Counted from the first letter of the stretch, positions 29,681 to 38,697 are shown. The stretch is 58,187 nt of DNA from Candidatus Woesearchaeota archaeon (GCA_964444465.1 CAYUGZ010000003.1:1-58187), one strand, 5' to 3'. The notes: generated by a model not told the origin, from the sequence alone. Made by a program: numbers and translations.

Positions 29681-29965
29681 ATGCCAGCTAAGTTAACAAG
29701 AAAACAAAAAGGAAAAGAAGATACTAAACAAGAAACAGGCAAGACTACATTTACTTCTGCTGTTCCAGCAGTAGTAGAAGAAATAATCACAAGAACTGGA
29801 GCTAGGGGAGAAGCTACCCAAGTTAGATGTAAAATTTTAGAAGGAAGAGATCAAAATAAAATTCTTAGAAGAAATGTTAAAGGTCCTGTTAAATTAAAAG
29901 ATGTCTTAATGTTAAGAGAAACTGAAATAGAAGCTAGAAGATTAGCTCAGACTAGGAGAGGATAA
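29681..29965 (+). CDS. rps28e: 30S ribosomal protein S28e
   Basis: ATQVRCKILEGRDQNKILRRNVKGPV...LMLRETEIEARRL. Confidence 0.9.
   Translation: MPAKLTRKQKGKEDTKQETGKTTFTSAVPAVVEEIITRTGARGEATQVRCKILEGRDQNKILRRNVKGPVKLKDVLMLRETEIEARRLAQTRRG
29879..29959. repeat. 81-bp direct repeat, copy 1 (native 3' end of rps28e)
   Basis: Matches 31837-31917 with 2 mismatches. Confidence 0.9.
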
Positions 29966-30141
29966 TGCCTAATTGTACATTCTGTGGAGAAGAGATGGAA
30001 AGAGGAACTGGATTACTCTTTGTATTTAAATCTGGAAAAACAGCTAATTTTTGTTCTAAGAAATGTGAAAAAAATCAATTAAAATTAAAAAGAAAACCAA
30101 GAGAACAGAGGTGGACAAAACATTATGTTAAGGGAAAATAG
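29965..30141 (+). CDS. rpl24e: 50S ribosomal protein L24e
   Basis: MPNCTFCGEEMERGTGLLFVFKSGKTANFCSKKCEKN; ATG overlaps the rps28e TAA (TAATG); below the ORF-track cut-off. Confidence 0.85.
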   Translation: MPNCTFCGEEMERGTGLLFVFKSGKTANFCSKKCEKNQLKLKRKPREQRWTKHYVKGK

Positions 30142-30144
30142 TCC

Positions 30145-30471
30145 ATGTCAAAATTATCATTCTTAAATCTATTTAGGAAATTAAAAAAGCTTAATAGACT
30201 GCATGAATTAAAAACTGAACTTGGGGTAATAGAATTCGTTCATTCATTAAAACCAGGGATTTATTGTTATTCTGTTATAAATAATCCAAATAGATTTCCC
30301 CCTGAAGATATGGGCAAATGTGAATATCCAAAAATAGAATGTCCTTATATGGAAGAAGATAGAAGATGTGGATATGAAAAACAACCTACAGATGTAACAG
30401 CTTGGTATGAAAAAGCATCAAAACCAAGATATGAAGAAAAGAATGGTCTTGAAAAAGAGCTCAATGAATAA
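30145..30471 (+). CDS. hypothetical protein
   Basis: 108-codon ORF between rpl24e and ndk. Confidence 0.4.
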   Translation: MSKLSFLNLFRKLKKLNRLHELKTELGVIEFVHSLKPGIYCYSVINNPNRFPPEDMGKCEYPKIECPYMEEDRRCGYEKQPTDVTAWYEKASKPRYEEKNGLEKELNE

Positions 30472-30511
30472 ATTTAGTAAACTTTTTAAACCAAAATAAA
30501 AATATAATAAA

Positions 30512-31006
30512 ATGATGGAAAAAACATTAGTTTTAATCAAGCCAGACGGAATTAAAAGATCTTTAACAGGAGAAATTATTTCTAGATTTGAAAAAATTGG
30601 ATTGAAAATTATTGGGATGAAGATGCAGTATATTGACAAAGAATTTGCTCAAAAACATTACACTGAAGATATCACAAAAAGAAGAGGGGAAAAAGTTAGA
30701 AATAATTTATTAGATTATATTGTTTCTGGACCTGTAGTAGCAATTTGTTTAGAAGGAGTAAATGCTATTGAGATTGTAAGAAAAGTTGTTGGAGATACAG
30801 AACCTAAATCAGCTATTCCTGGAACTATAAGAGGAGATTATTCTCATGTAAGCTATGGATATGCAGATGATAAAAATCTTCCAGTTAAAAATTTAATACA
30901 TGCTTCATCTAACAAAGAAGATGCTAAAAATGAATTAAAGTTGTGGTTTGGAAAAAAAGAAATTCATGATTATAAAGTTGATCATGAAGATCATACTCAA
31001 AATTAA
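30512..31006 (+). CDS. ndk: nucleoside diphosphate kinase
   Basis: EKTLVLIKPDG, GTIRGDY, NLIHASS. Confidence 0.9.
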   Translation: MMEKTLVLIKPDGIKRSLTGEIISRFEKIGLKIIGMKMQYIDKEFAQKHYTEDITKRRGEKVRNNLLDYIVSGPVVAICLEGVNAIEIVRKVVGDTEPKSAIPGTIRGDYSHVSYGYADDKNLPVKNLIHASSNKEDAKNELKLWFGKKEIHDYKVDHEDHTQN

Positions 31007-31114
31007 ATAAAACCATAATCAGGAAAATAAGTATATTGAGTTTGTAAATAAAATGTCTAAAAATGTCAAAAAAGTAATTGACAGAAAAAAACTAGGTTTT
31101 ATGGGGGTATTAAA

Positions 31115-31830
31115 ATGAAAAATGCATTATTAATAACAGCACATCCAGACGATCATTTTTTTTGCGTAGGAATGCTTGCTAATCTCAAAAAGAAAGGATT
31201 CAATATTAGGGAAATTGTTCTATCTAAGGCAGAATTATCTGGATATATAGAAAAAGGTAAATATGTGACTAATCCAGATCAGAAGAAAAAAGATACTCTC
31301 AGTATCTTGAAGCAACAAAGAAAATAGGAATTGATAGTTTTGAATTATGGGACGAACCGAATTTAGAAATAACTTATTGTCAAAAATTAGTTCTAAGAAT
31401 TATTAAAGAAATACGCACACTAAAACCTTCCATAATTCTTACTCATTCAAATATAGATTATATGAGAGATCACGAAAAAACTGCAGAAATTGTTTTAGAA
31501 GCGATAAGGCTTTCAAGTTATTCTTTCAAACAAGATTTAGGACAGCCATTTACCGTTCCAATTTTCTTGAATTTCGAAGGAATGACGGATAATGACCCAT
31601 CTATTCTGTTAGATATAACCGATTCAATCAATATTAAAAATGATGTTTTGAAAATATATGCTTCTCAAATAATTGATAATTCCTGGGAATGTTCTAGGGT
31701 CTTGAACAGAAATCTATATCTTGGATCATATTTCCAAAAAGGAAATAAAACATATGCAGAGAATTATATTCTTAATAAGAAATGGCCTCTTAAGATAAGT
31801 AATAAACTATTGAAAACAATCTTAGAGTAA
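31115..31830 (+). pseudogene. PIG-L/LmbE-family deacetylase, reading frame broken (-1) near an A6 run
   Basis: N-terminal ORF has LLITAHPDDH. The continuation (SEEKRYSQYLEATKKIGIDSFELWDEPNLE...THSNIDYMRDHEKT) is in the -1 frame. The frames overlap around A6 at 31286-31291. Confidence 0.6.
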
Positions 31831-31836
31831 AATGAA

Positions 31837-31917
31837 AAAGGTCCTGTTAAATTAAAAAATGTCTTAATGTTAAGAGAAACTGAAATAGAAGCTAGAAGAT
31901 TAGCTCAGACAAGGAGA
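31837..31917. repeat. 81-bp direct repeat, copy 2 (orphan rps28e 3' fragment)
   Basis: 79/81 identical to 29879-29959; encodes KGPVKLKNVLMLRETEIEARRLAQTRR with no upstream ORF. Confidence 0.9.
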
Positions 31918-32209
31918 TCCAAATAATCCAAGTTTAATTGTAGATAAACAAAAATATAGAGTATATGGTCTAGGAAAAGATAAAGTTAGATTTTATCCTC
32001 ATGATAAAGATGAATTTAGAGATGCAAGTGGATTAACAATTACTCTAAAATTACATGATCAAGATAAATTAAATATTAAATGTATAGTTGAAGAAACTAA
32101 ACAAGAAAATGAAAGAAAGGTAGTCTCTCTTTTATTATCACAAAGAATACTTGATGAACAATTTACAAGGGAATGTGCACGTATTGGAATATTGGAGGAG
32201 ATGATCTAA
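31904..32209 (+). pseudogene. start-less 101-codon ORF remnant
   Basis: Coding-like frame (…YRVYGLGKDKVRFYPHDKDEFRDASGLTITLKLHDQDK…) open from 31904 with no ATG/GTG/TTG until its last few codons; its 5' end lies inside the rps28e fragment. Confidence 0.3.
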
Positions 32210-32210
32210 T

Positions 32211-32483
32211 ATGTCTGATTTAACAAAACATCTGGGTCCCAGAGACATAACTAAAGAAGTTAGGATAGATGTAAAATTTACTGAAGAAAGAGGAGCTTAT
32301 TTAGAATTGATTCATAAAAGAAGAGGTGAAGAACAAGAAGTAGGTTGCCTAACTCTTAATGGTCATAGAGAGGGATTTGAGAGTTATAGAAATGGGAAAG
32401 GACAAATATATAATGTAAAATTTCTTGGTAGAGGGTATTTCAAAGTCTCAATACAAGATACAATTAGTGCACAAACTACATAA
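32211..32483 (+). CDS. hypothetical protein
   Basis: 90-codon ORF with GGAGGAG Shine-Dalgarno. Confidence 0.45.
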   Translation: MSDLTKHLGPRDITKEVRIDVKFTEERGAYLELIHKRRGEEQEVGCLTLNGHREGFESYRNGKGQIYNVKFLGRGYFKVSIQDTISAQTT

Positions 32484-32494
32484 TAACAAAAGTA

Positions 32495-32935
32495 TTATAA
32501 GTGATATTCTTTGTTTAATCTTTCTTTTGTTAGATTTATATTCTTAGCAGACTCTCTTAAATTTTCTATAGTAATGTTTACTTCATCTTTTAGTTGATCT
32601 AACAATGTATCAAAATTATCTGCTCTTAACAAATAACCTTCTTTTCTTGATACAACTAATCCTGAATCCATTAATTTATTCATATGATGTATTACTGTAG
32701 CCCTACTTAAATTAGATTTATCAGCAATATTATCACTTGATAATAAATGATCATGGTTTGATGCTTTTATCAACTCTAAAAATATTCTAAAACAAGATTT
32801 TTCTTTATCTCTATCATTAAACAATCCTAAACTATCAGAAAAAAATTTGAATTCTTCATTAACATCCATATTTTTTGGCTTTCTATATCTTGTTACTTTA
32901 ATACTAAATTCTTTTATCATATTATTAATAATCAT
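32495..32935 (-). CDS. winged-helix transcriptional regulator, divergent from grpE-dnaK
   Basis: HTH segment LSRATVIHHMNKLMDSGLVVSRKEG. Confidence 0.6.
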   Translation of the reverse strand: MIINNMIKEFSIKVTRYRKPKNMDVNEEFKFFSDSLGLFNDRDKEKSCFRIFLELIKASNHDHLLSSDNIADKSNLSRATVIHHMNKLMDSGLVVSRKEGYLLRADNFDTLLDQLKDEVNITIENLRESAKNINLTKERLNKEYHL

Positions 32936-33049
32936 AAGTTATTTAAATAAATTTTGGTTATTCTTATACAAAAATATACAAATCTTTATAAATGAGTAGT
33001 TTTTAACCTAAACTTGTTGATTTAAAGTCAACTAAAAAGAAAAGGCTAG

Positions 33050-33072
33050 GCTCTTTAGACACCTCAAAGAGC
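33050..33072. promoter_or_regulatory. inverted repeat GCTCTTT-N9-AAAGAGC in the grpE leader
   Basis: Perfect 7-bp arms with a 9-nt spacer, downstream of TTTATAAA (32985-32992); a second IR GTTGA-N7-TCAAC lies at 33016-33032. Confidence 0.3.
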
Positions 33073-33118
33073 TTACAAGAATGAGTAATAGGTTCGCCTC
33101 TTTTTCCTATTATTCCTT

Positions 33119-33586
33119 GTGATAAACCTTAAGAAAATGGCCAAAAAAACAAAGAAAGATACAGAAACAAAAGAATTAATTGAAAAGCTACAAAGATTGC
33201 AAGCTGAGTTTGATAATTATAAAAAATATTCAGATAAAGAAAAGCAAGAATTTGTTAGATATGCTAATCATGAATTACTATTAAAATTATTAAATATTGC
33301 AGATAGTTTTGAGCTAGCTCTTAAAAATAAAGAAGAAAATAAAGATTTTATTAAAGGAATTGAGTTAATCTATGCTCAACTTTATTCATTATTAGAGAAA
33401 GAAGGATTAACAAAAATAAAAACTAAAGGAGAAAAATTAAATCCAGAATTTCATGAAGTTATGTTAACAGAAAATAGTAATGAAGATAATATTATTCTAG
33501 AAGAAATACAAAGTGGGTATATGATTAATGATAAAGTATTAAGATATGCAAAAGTAAAAGTAAGCAAGAATGGGGAGAGAAAATGA
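33119..33586 (+). CDS. grpE: nucleotide exchange factor GrpE
   Basis: LQAEFDNYKKY, ADSFELAL, LNPEFHEVM; likely start is ATG 33137 (MAKKTKK). Confidence 0.85.
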   Translation: MINLKKMAKKTKKDTETKELIEKLQRLQAEFDNYKKYSDKEKQEFVRYANHELLLKLLNIADSFELALKNKEENKDFIKGIELIYAQLYSLLEKEGLTKIKTKGEKLNPEFHEVMLTENSNEDNIILEEIQSGYMINDKVLRYAKVKVSKNGERK

Positions 33587-33861
33587 GTAGTGAAGTTTAT
33601 GAATTAGATAGAAACAATCCTGAAATTGGACGTAATCTATATGCAAACGGGATTAATTTTTACGAACAAGCACAAGAAACTGAGGACCCTGAAAAAAAGA
33701 TTGCTCTTTATGAAGATGCAAAAAGGAAATTTGAAGCAATAGTAGGTCATTGGAGAATTGCATTTAATCTAGATGAAATGGATAAAGTAGAAAAGATGCT
33801 CCTCACAATTGAACCTGAAATCAGATCAATTAGACAAGAGTTAGGAGGAAAATTAAAATGA
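33583..33861 (+). CDS. hypothetical helical protein inserted between grpE and dnaK
   Basis: 92-codon ORF with ATGA overlaps at both ends. Confidence 0.5.
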   Translation: MSSEVYELDRNNPEIGRNLYANGINFYEQAQETEDPEKKIALYEDAKRKFEAIVGHWRIAFNLDEMDKVEKMLLTIEPEIRSIRQELGGKLK

Positions 33862-35717
33862 GTAAAATTTTAGGGATAGATTTAGGAACATCAAATTCAG
33901 CAGCCGCTATAATTCAAGCTGGAAGACCAACAATAGTACCAAGTGCAGAAGGTGCATCATTATATGGGAAAGCATTTCCAAGTGTTGTAGCATTCAATAA
34001 TGGATCTGTATTAGTAGGAGAACCAGCTAAAAGACAAGCAGTTTCAAACCCAAAAAATACAATAATAGCCGCAAAAAGAAAAATGGGTTCAGGTTTTAAA
34101 TATGAAATAGAAAATAAAGAATATACCCCACAACAAATTTCTGCTTTTATACTTCAAAAAATAAAGAAAGATGCAGAAGAATTTTTAGGGGAAAAAATAG
34201 AAAAAGCTGTTGTTACAGTTCCTGCTTATTTTGATGATGATCAAAGACAAGCAACAAAAGATGCAGGAAAAATAGCTGGATTAGATGTTGTAAGAATAAT
34301 TAATGAACCAACAGCTGCTGCTTTAGCTTATGGATTAGATAAAAAAGAAAAAGAACAAAAAATTTTAGTTTTCGATTTTGGTGGTGGAACTCTAGATGTT
34401 ACAATAATGGAATTTGGTGATGGAGTTTTTGAGGTTAAGTCTACTTCTGGAGACACACAATTAGGTGGAACAGATATGGATGAAACAATAATGAAGCATA
34501 TTATTGATAGTTTCCAAAAAGAAACAGGAATAGATGTTAATGATGATCCAACAGCTCTTCAAAGAGTAAGAGAAGCAGCAGAAAAAGCTAAAATTGAGTT
34601 GTCTACTACATTAGAAACGGATATTAATCTACCATTTATTTCTGCCACAGATAAAGGTCCTAAACATCTTAATATGAAATTAACAAGAGCAGAACTAGAA
34701 AAATTAGTAGATGCAACTGTTAATAAATGTAAAAAGCCTCTAGAACAATCATTAAAAGATTCTAAATTAACTAGCAAAGATATTGACAAAATAATTTTAG
34801 TTGGTGGTCCTACAAGAATGCCAATTGTAAGAAAGTTTGTAGAAGATTTTGTTGGAAAAGAAGCAGAAAGAGGGGTAGACCCAATGGAATGTGTTGCAAA
34901 TGGTGCAGCAGTACAAGGTGGAGTTTTAGCAGGAGATGTTAAGGATGTATTATTGTTAGATGTTACACCATTAACATTAGGTATAGAAACATTAGGTGGA
35001 ATAAAAACTCAATTAATTGAAAGAAACACTACAATTCCAACTAAAAAATCTCAAATTTTTTCAACAGCAACAGATAATCAACCAGCTGTAACCATTAATG
35101 TGTTGCAAGGAGAAAGAGAAATGGCTTCTGACAATAAAAGTTTAGGAAGATTTGAGTTAACTGGATTGCCTCCAGCACCTAGAGGTGTACCTCAGATTGA
35201 AGTTGCATTTGATATAGATGCTAATGGAATCATTAATGTTAATGCAAAAGATACAGGAACTGGAAAAGAACAAGCAATTAAAATAACAGCTTCTCAAAAA
35301 TTAAATGAAGAAGAAGTTGAAAAAATGAAAAAAGATGCTGAAAAATATGCTGAAGAAGATAAAAAAAGAAAAGAAGAAATAGAGATAAGAAATAACGCAG
35401 ATACTGTTATCTATACAACTGAAAAATTAATAAAAGAACAAGGTGAAAAAATAGATAAAGAAACTAAAGATAAGATTGAAAAAGAAATCAATGAATTAAA
35501 AGAAACAATAAAAGAAAATAATACTGAAAAGATTAAAAAGAAATTAGAAGAAGTTAATAAAGTAGCTCAAGAAATTGGTACAAAAATGTATCAAGAAGCT
35601 ATGAAAGAACAACAAGAAAAAGCTAAAACAGAAAATAAAAAAGAATCTAAAGGTAAAGAAGATGTAGTTGATGCTGAAGTTGTTGATGAAAAAGAAGAAG
35701 AGAAAGAAAAAAAATAA
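33858..35717 (+). CDS. dnaK: chaperone DnaK (Hsp70)
   Basis: [26 protein letters not shown]; K/E-rich C-terminus. Confidence 0.95.
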   Translation: MSKILGIDLGTSNSAAAIIQAGRPTIVPSAEGASLYGKAFPSVVAFNNGSVLVGEPAKRQAVSNPKNTIIAAKRKMGSGFKYEIENKEYTPQQISAFILQKIKKDAEEFLGEKIEKAVVTVPAYFDDDQRQATKDAGKIAGLDVVRIINEPTAAALAYGLDKKEKEQKILVFDFGGGTLDVTIMEFGDGVFEVKSTSGDTQLGGTDMDETIMKHIIDSFQKETGIDVNDDPTALQRVREAAEKAKIELSTTLETDINLPFISATDKGPKHLNMKLTRAELEKLVDATVNKCKKPLEQSLKDSKLTSKDIDKIILVGGPTRMPIVRKFVEDFVGKEAERGVDPMECVANGAAVQGGVLAGDVKDVLLLDVTPLTLGIETLGGIKTQLIERNTTIPTKKSQIFSTATDNQPAVTINVLQGEREMASDNKSLGRFELTGLPPAPRGVPQIEVAFDIDANGIINVNAKDTGTGKEQAIKITASQKLNEEEVEKMKKDAEKYAEEDKKRKEEIEIRNNADTVIYTTEKLIKEQGEKIDKETKDKIEKEINELKETIKENNTEKIKKKLEEVNKVAQEIGTKMYQEAMKEQQEKAKTENKKESKGKEDVVDAEVVDEKEEEKEKK

Positions 35718-35756
35718 TCTTAATCGATAGGAATAGATAGTATAGTAACGAAGAAA

Positions 35757-36446
35757 ATGAATTTGGAAAGAAGAACATCATATGGTACAAATAAAAAACA
35801 AGTTTTTATTGTAAGGACTATAAATGAAGTAGGTAATTCTCTTTTAAACACTCCAACAGAATTAAGGATAGTTGAAGGATATAAAGGAGGGAAAACTCAA
35901 CCAGAACTTACAAAAGAATTTCTTCCAGAAGTGATTAAAAAATATGGTATTAGTGTAGCTAGACCAGTTACATTTTATATCATTAAACATTCAGATAAAT
36001 TAACAGATAAACAAAGAAAGGAATTAAGATCAGATCATTGTAGGAATGGTGGGAAAAAAGCCCATAGACTAGGAGTAGGGGCGCATGGAATGAATGCAAA
36101 TGAAAGGAGGGATGTAGGAAAGGAAGTTTATACATTAGGATTAGGAATACATGGATTGACAGAGAAAGAAAAATGTAGAAATGCTAGAGAAGGTGCTAGA
36201 CATTCTGCAAAATCTAGAGGGCAACATCAATGGAATGAATTACCTTGTAGAGAAGATTTTGTTGAAGGAAAAGACAATGCAGAGATTCCTGAAATAATTT
36301 ATGCATACCAACAAAGACTAGAGGATATTCCTTTATCTAAAGTAATAAGTAATATAAATGGAATATGGGGCCATAATAGAAAAAGTAGATCATTAATAAA
36401 CGCATTATATAGATTTAGAGAATCATTTAATGGTCAACAAAGATAA
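35757..36446 (+). CDS. hypothetical basic protein with an internal tandem motif
   Basis: Repeats GVGAHGMNANERRDVGKE and GLGIHGLTEKEKCRNAREG; no J-domain HPD motif. Confidence 0.45.
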   Translation: MNLERRTSYGTNKKQVFIVRTINEVGNSLLNTPTELRIVEGYKGGKTQPELTKEFLPEVIKKYGISVARPVTFYIIKHSDKLTDKQRKELRSDHCRNGGKKAHRLGVGAHGMNANERRDVGKEVYTLGLGIHGLTEKEKCRNAREGARHSAKSRGQHQWNELPCREDFVEGKDNAEIPEIIYAYQQRLEDIPLSKVISNINGIWGHNRKSRSLINALYRFRESFNGQQR

Positions 36447-36471
36447 ATAAAAAATTATAATCAAAAACAAG

Positions 36472-37044
36472 ATGAAATCAAAAAATTTAGTTTCAAGATT
36501 GTTTCCAGTTGCATTATCATTAAGCTTAGCATTTGCTCCAGCTGTAATTGCTCAACCTAAAAAATTAGAAGCTCCATCAAGAGTTACAAAGTTAACCCAT
36601 TCTAATTTGCAATCATATCATTTTCAAAAACATGAATTGAATAAAGAGATTTGCTTATATGATAATCATACAAAAAAATTGATCACTAAAGTTACTGCAG
36701 ATAAACCAATGGCATATTCTGCTAATTTTAATATTAGAGATGTTGATGGTCTTGGGGTAACTTTTTATGGTTTTGTTGGTAAAGGAAGTACAAGAAGACA
36801 GAAAACATATAAAAAATTTACTAAAAATGACTCTCTTACATTCACATTTTTAGTGGACAGTTTAGCTAAATCTAGCCCATTAATCCTTTTAGTTCTTGAT
36901 AAAAATAATGATTCCAAAAGATTCAAAATCCCCCTTAATCAATTATTTAAAGATACCTCCAGGCTAAAACCCATCTATGCCCAACCCCCCATATTCTTAG
37001 GTGCAAATCTAAAATGTAAAAGAAGATATGATGACCCAATATGA
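36472..37044 (+). CDS. hypothetical secreted protein
   Basis: Signal peptide-like LFPVALSLSLAFAPAVIAQP. Confidence 0.45.
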   Translation: MKSKNLVSRLFPVALSLSLAFAPAVIAQPKKLEAPSRVTKLTHSNLQSYHFQKHELNKEICLYDNHTKKLITKVTADKPMAYSANFNIRDVDGLGVTFYGFVGKGSTRRQKTYKKFTKNDSLTFTFLVDSLAKSSPLILLVLDKNNDSKRFKIPLNQLFKDTSRLKPIYAQPPIFLGANLKCKRRYDDPI

Positions 37045-37083
37045 TATAATAACTGTTTTATATCCAAATAATTTCTAAATTAA

Positions 37084-37722
37084 GTGAAAAAAGGTGTATT
37101 AAAATTATTAATAGTAATATCATTAATTTTTATAATAGGTTGTACACAAAGTATAGAAAATATAATTGTTTGTAATGCACCCTACACAAAATCTACTTTT
37201 GGTTGTTGTTTAGATAAAAATGATAATTCTATTTGTGATAAAAAAGAAGATCAAGAAGAATTAAAAAAATCTTTAGAAGAAGTTGTTGTTAATATTATTC
37301 AAAAACCTAGGAAAGATTTTATTGAAAGACAAAAAAACTTAGAAAAATTAAGATCTGCACATGAACTTTGTGATGAAAATTTAGATTATGAAATTATAGA
37401 AGCTTGTAAAGTTAATGGTAATAAATTTAGATTACTTATTGAAAATAAAGGAAGATTAAATATAACAAAGTTTAGAGGAGAATTTATTATGATAGACAAT
37501 TTTGTTATAAATAGATTATTATATTTTGATTCAGGAGCAGGGGAAGGAATAAGATATAGAGATAGAGAATCAGATACAATATTTTTAAGTGAAGAACCAA
37601 TAGCAATAAGAACCACCCCAATTATAATGGCAAATGAAACAACAATAACTTGTACAAAAAAATCTCAAAAGATAGGAAATATTTATTCACCACTTGAAAT
37701 CAAATTTTGTAAAAAAAATTAA
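37084..37722 (+). CDS. hypothetical lipoprotein
   Basis: GTG start; LLIVISLIFIIGC lipobox-like. Confidence 0.45.
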   Translation: MKKGVLKLLIVISLIFIIGCTQSIENIIVCNAPYTKSTFGCCLDKNDNSICDKKEDQEELKKSLEEVVVNIIQKPRKDFIERQKNLEKLRSAHELCDENLDYEIIEACKVNGNKFRLLIENKGRLNITKFRGEFIMIDNFVINRLLYFDSGAGEGIRYRDRESDTIFLSEEPIAIRTTPIIMANETTITCTKKSQKIGNIYSPLEIKFCKKN

Positions 37723-38024
37723 TAAAAAGATTTCCATCCCTTCTCATCTCTACTAGCAAAATAAATAGTAAGTCCTAAACTAATAACAGATGCAGTAGCT
37801 CCAGCTAAACCTAAACTAAAATCACTATTAGAAAAGTTTTGAGATAATCTATATGCCTCTTGATAAACTTTCTCTGTTAAATCTGGTGATTTTGATAGAT
37901 GTTCTTACATTATTACCTGTCTCATTGCAATATCACTTAAAAGTCTATATCCTGAACTAGCTCCAGTTAATGCAGAAATACTTCCAAAAGTACATATTTT
38001 AGCTAATCTCTTAATCTTTACCAT
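37719..38024 (-). pseudogene. 101-codon small ORF with in-frame TAA at codon 40
   Basis: ATG at 38024 behind cassette copy B; MVKIKRLAKICTFGSISALTGASSGYRLLSDIAMRQVIM-TAA(37907-37905)-EHLSKSPDLTEKVYQEAYRLSQNFSNSDFSLGLAGATASVISLGLTIYFASRDEKGWKSFY. Confidence 0.35.
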
Positions 38025-38100
38025 TTTAATTATCTAATCAACCCTATTTAGAACTCTTTTTTATTAGAATAAACAATAATTTTAGTTTATAAGCTTTACT
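38025..38100 (-). promoter_or_regulatory. shared promoter + 5' leader cassette, copy B
   Basis: AGTAAAGCTTATAAACTAAAATT...TAATAAAAAAGAGTTCTAAATAGGGTTGAT...ATG. Confidence 0.5.
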
Positions 38101-38182
38101 TTTTTATAAGTCCTCCTTCAAATATTGTTCCAGTTAGATAAGATAAAAATTTAAATAATTAGTTTTTAGGATTAGATTTATT

Positions 38183-38470
38183 TCATTTATTCTTTCTTAT
38201 TATCCCTACAACAAATCTAGAAGCATGTATATTAAATACAGAGATAGCAAAAATAATTTGTATCCAAATTAGATAATCATATTTTTGGATAGTCCCATGA
38301 TAAATAAATCCAATAATAATAAGAATAATTGTTCCAATAAATGCTAAAACATCTATAGTTTGAGAATAAGGGTGATAGATAACTAATTTACTATAATTAA
38401 AATAATAGTTAATAGTACTAATTATGAATATAAAAATAAAGATCGCTATGAATAAAAAAATGTTAATCAT
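38183..38470 (-). CDS. hypothetical membrane protein
   Basis: 95 aa with three hydrophobic segments. Confidence 0.45.
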   Translation of the reverse strand: MINIFLFIAIFIFIFIISTINYYFNYSKLVIYHPYSQTIDVLAFIGTIILIIIGFIYHGTIQKYDYLIWIQIIFAISVFNIHASRFVVGIIRKNK

Positions 38471-38522
38471 AATTTTAAAGTCTCTTAAGATTATTTAAAT
38501 TTTCTCTTATAACTAAAATTCT

Positions 38523-38650
38523 TCCCCACGGCCGGATTCGAACCAGCAACCTTCCGGGACCGGCTGACTTATTTTCATCCAAAGCCGAATGCTTAGTCAA
38601 TAAGTGAATTCATCTACAGCCGAACGCTCTACCAGTTGAGCTACGTGGGG
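38523..38650 (-). tRNA. tRNA-Tyr (anticodon GTA) with a 55-nt intron in the anticodon loop
   Basis: Acceptor CCCCACG/CGTGGGG (C1-G72, archaeal Tyr identity pair), D arm GCTC-AACTGGTA-GAGC, anticodon stem TTCGG/CCGGA, loop CTGTAG|intron|C, T arm GCTGG-TTCGAAT-CCGGC, discriminator A; intron about 38559-38613. Confidence 0.85.
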
Positions 38651-38697
38651 TTATATAGCTAAGATAAATTTCATATTAAAAATCTTTTGTTTTAGAA

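Noticed and set aside
31053-31118. 21-codon micro-ORF (MSKNVKKVIDRKKLGFMGVLK) overlapping the PIG-L start by ATGA
   Set aside because: It is very short, has no Shine-Dalgarno and has a Lys-rich AT-driven composition. The PIG-L N-terminus (MKNALLITAHPDD) is complete without it.
29960-31836. Integrated mobile element bounded by the two rps28e 3'-end repeats acting as attL and attR
   Set aside because: The enclosed genes include rpl24e and ndk, which belong to the conserved L7Ae-S28e-L24e-ndk cluster. No integrase, transposase or other mobile-element gene is present.
35757-36446. The gene downstream of dnaK as dnaJ
   Set aside because: No HPD J-domain motif, no Gly/Phe region and no CxxCxGxG zinc-finger repeats.
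38574-38590. Alternative splicing of the tRNA-Tyr precursor to give a UUG (Gln) anticodon from the intron-borne duplicate
   Set aside because: It would need two non-canonical excisions. The acceptor stem carries the C1-G72 Tyr identity pair rather than Gln-type features. The duplication or BHB-support explanation is simpler.
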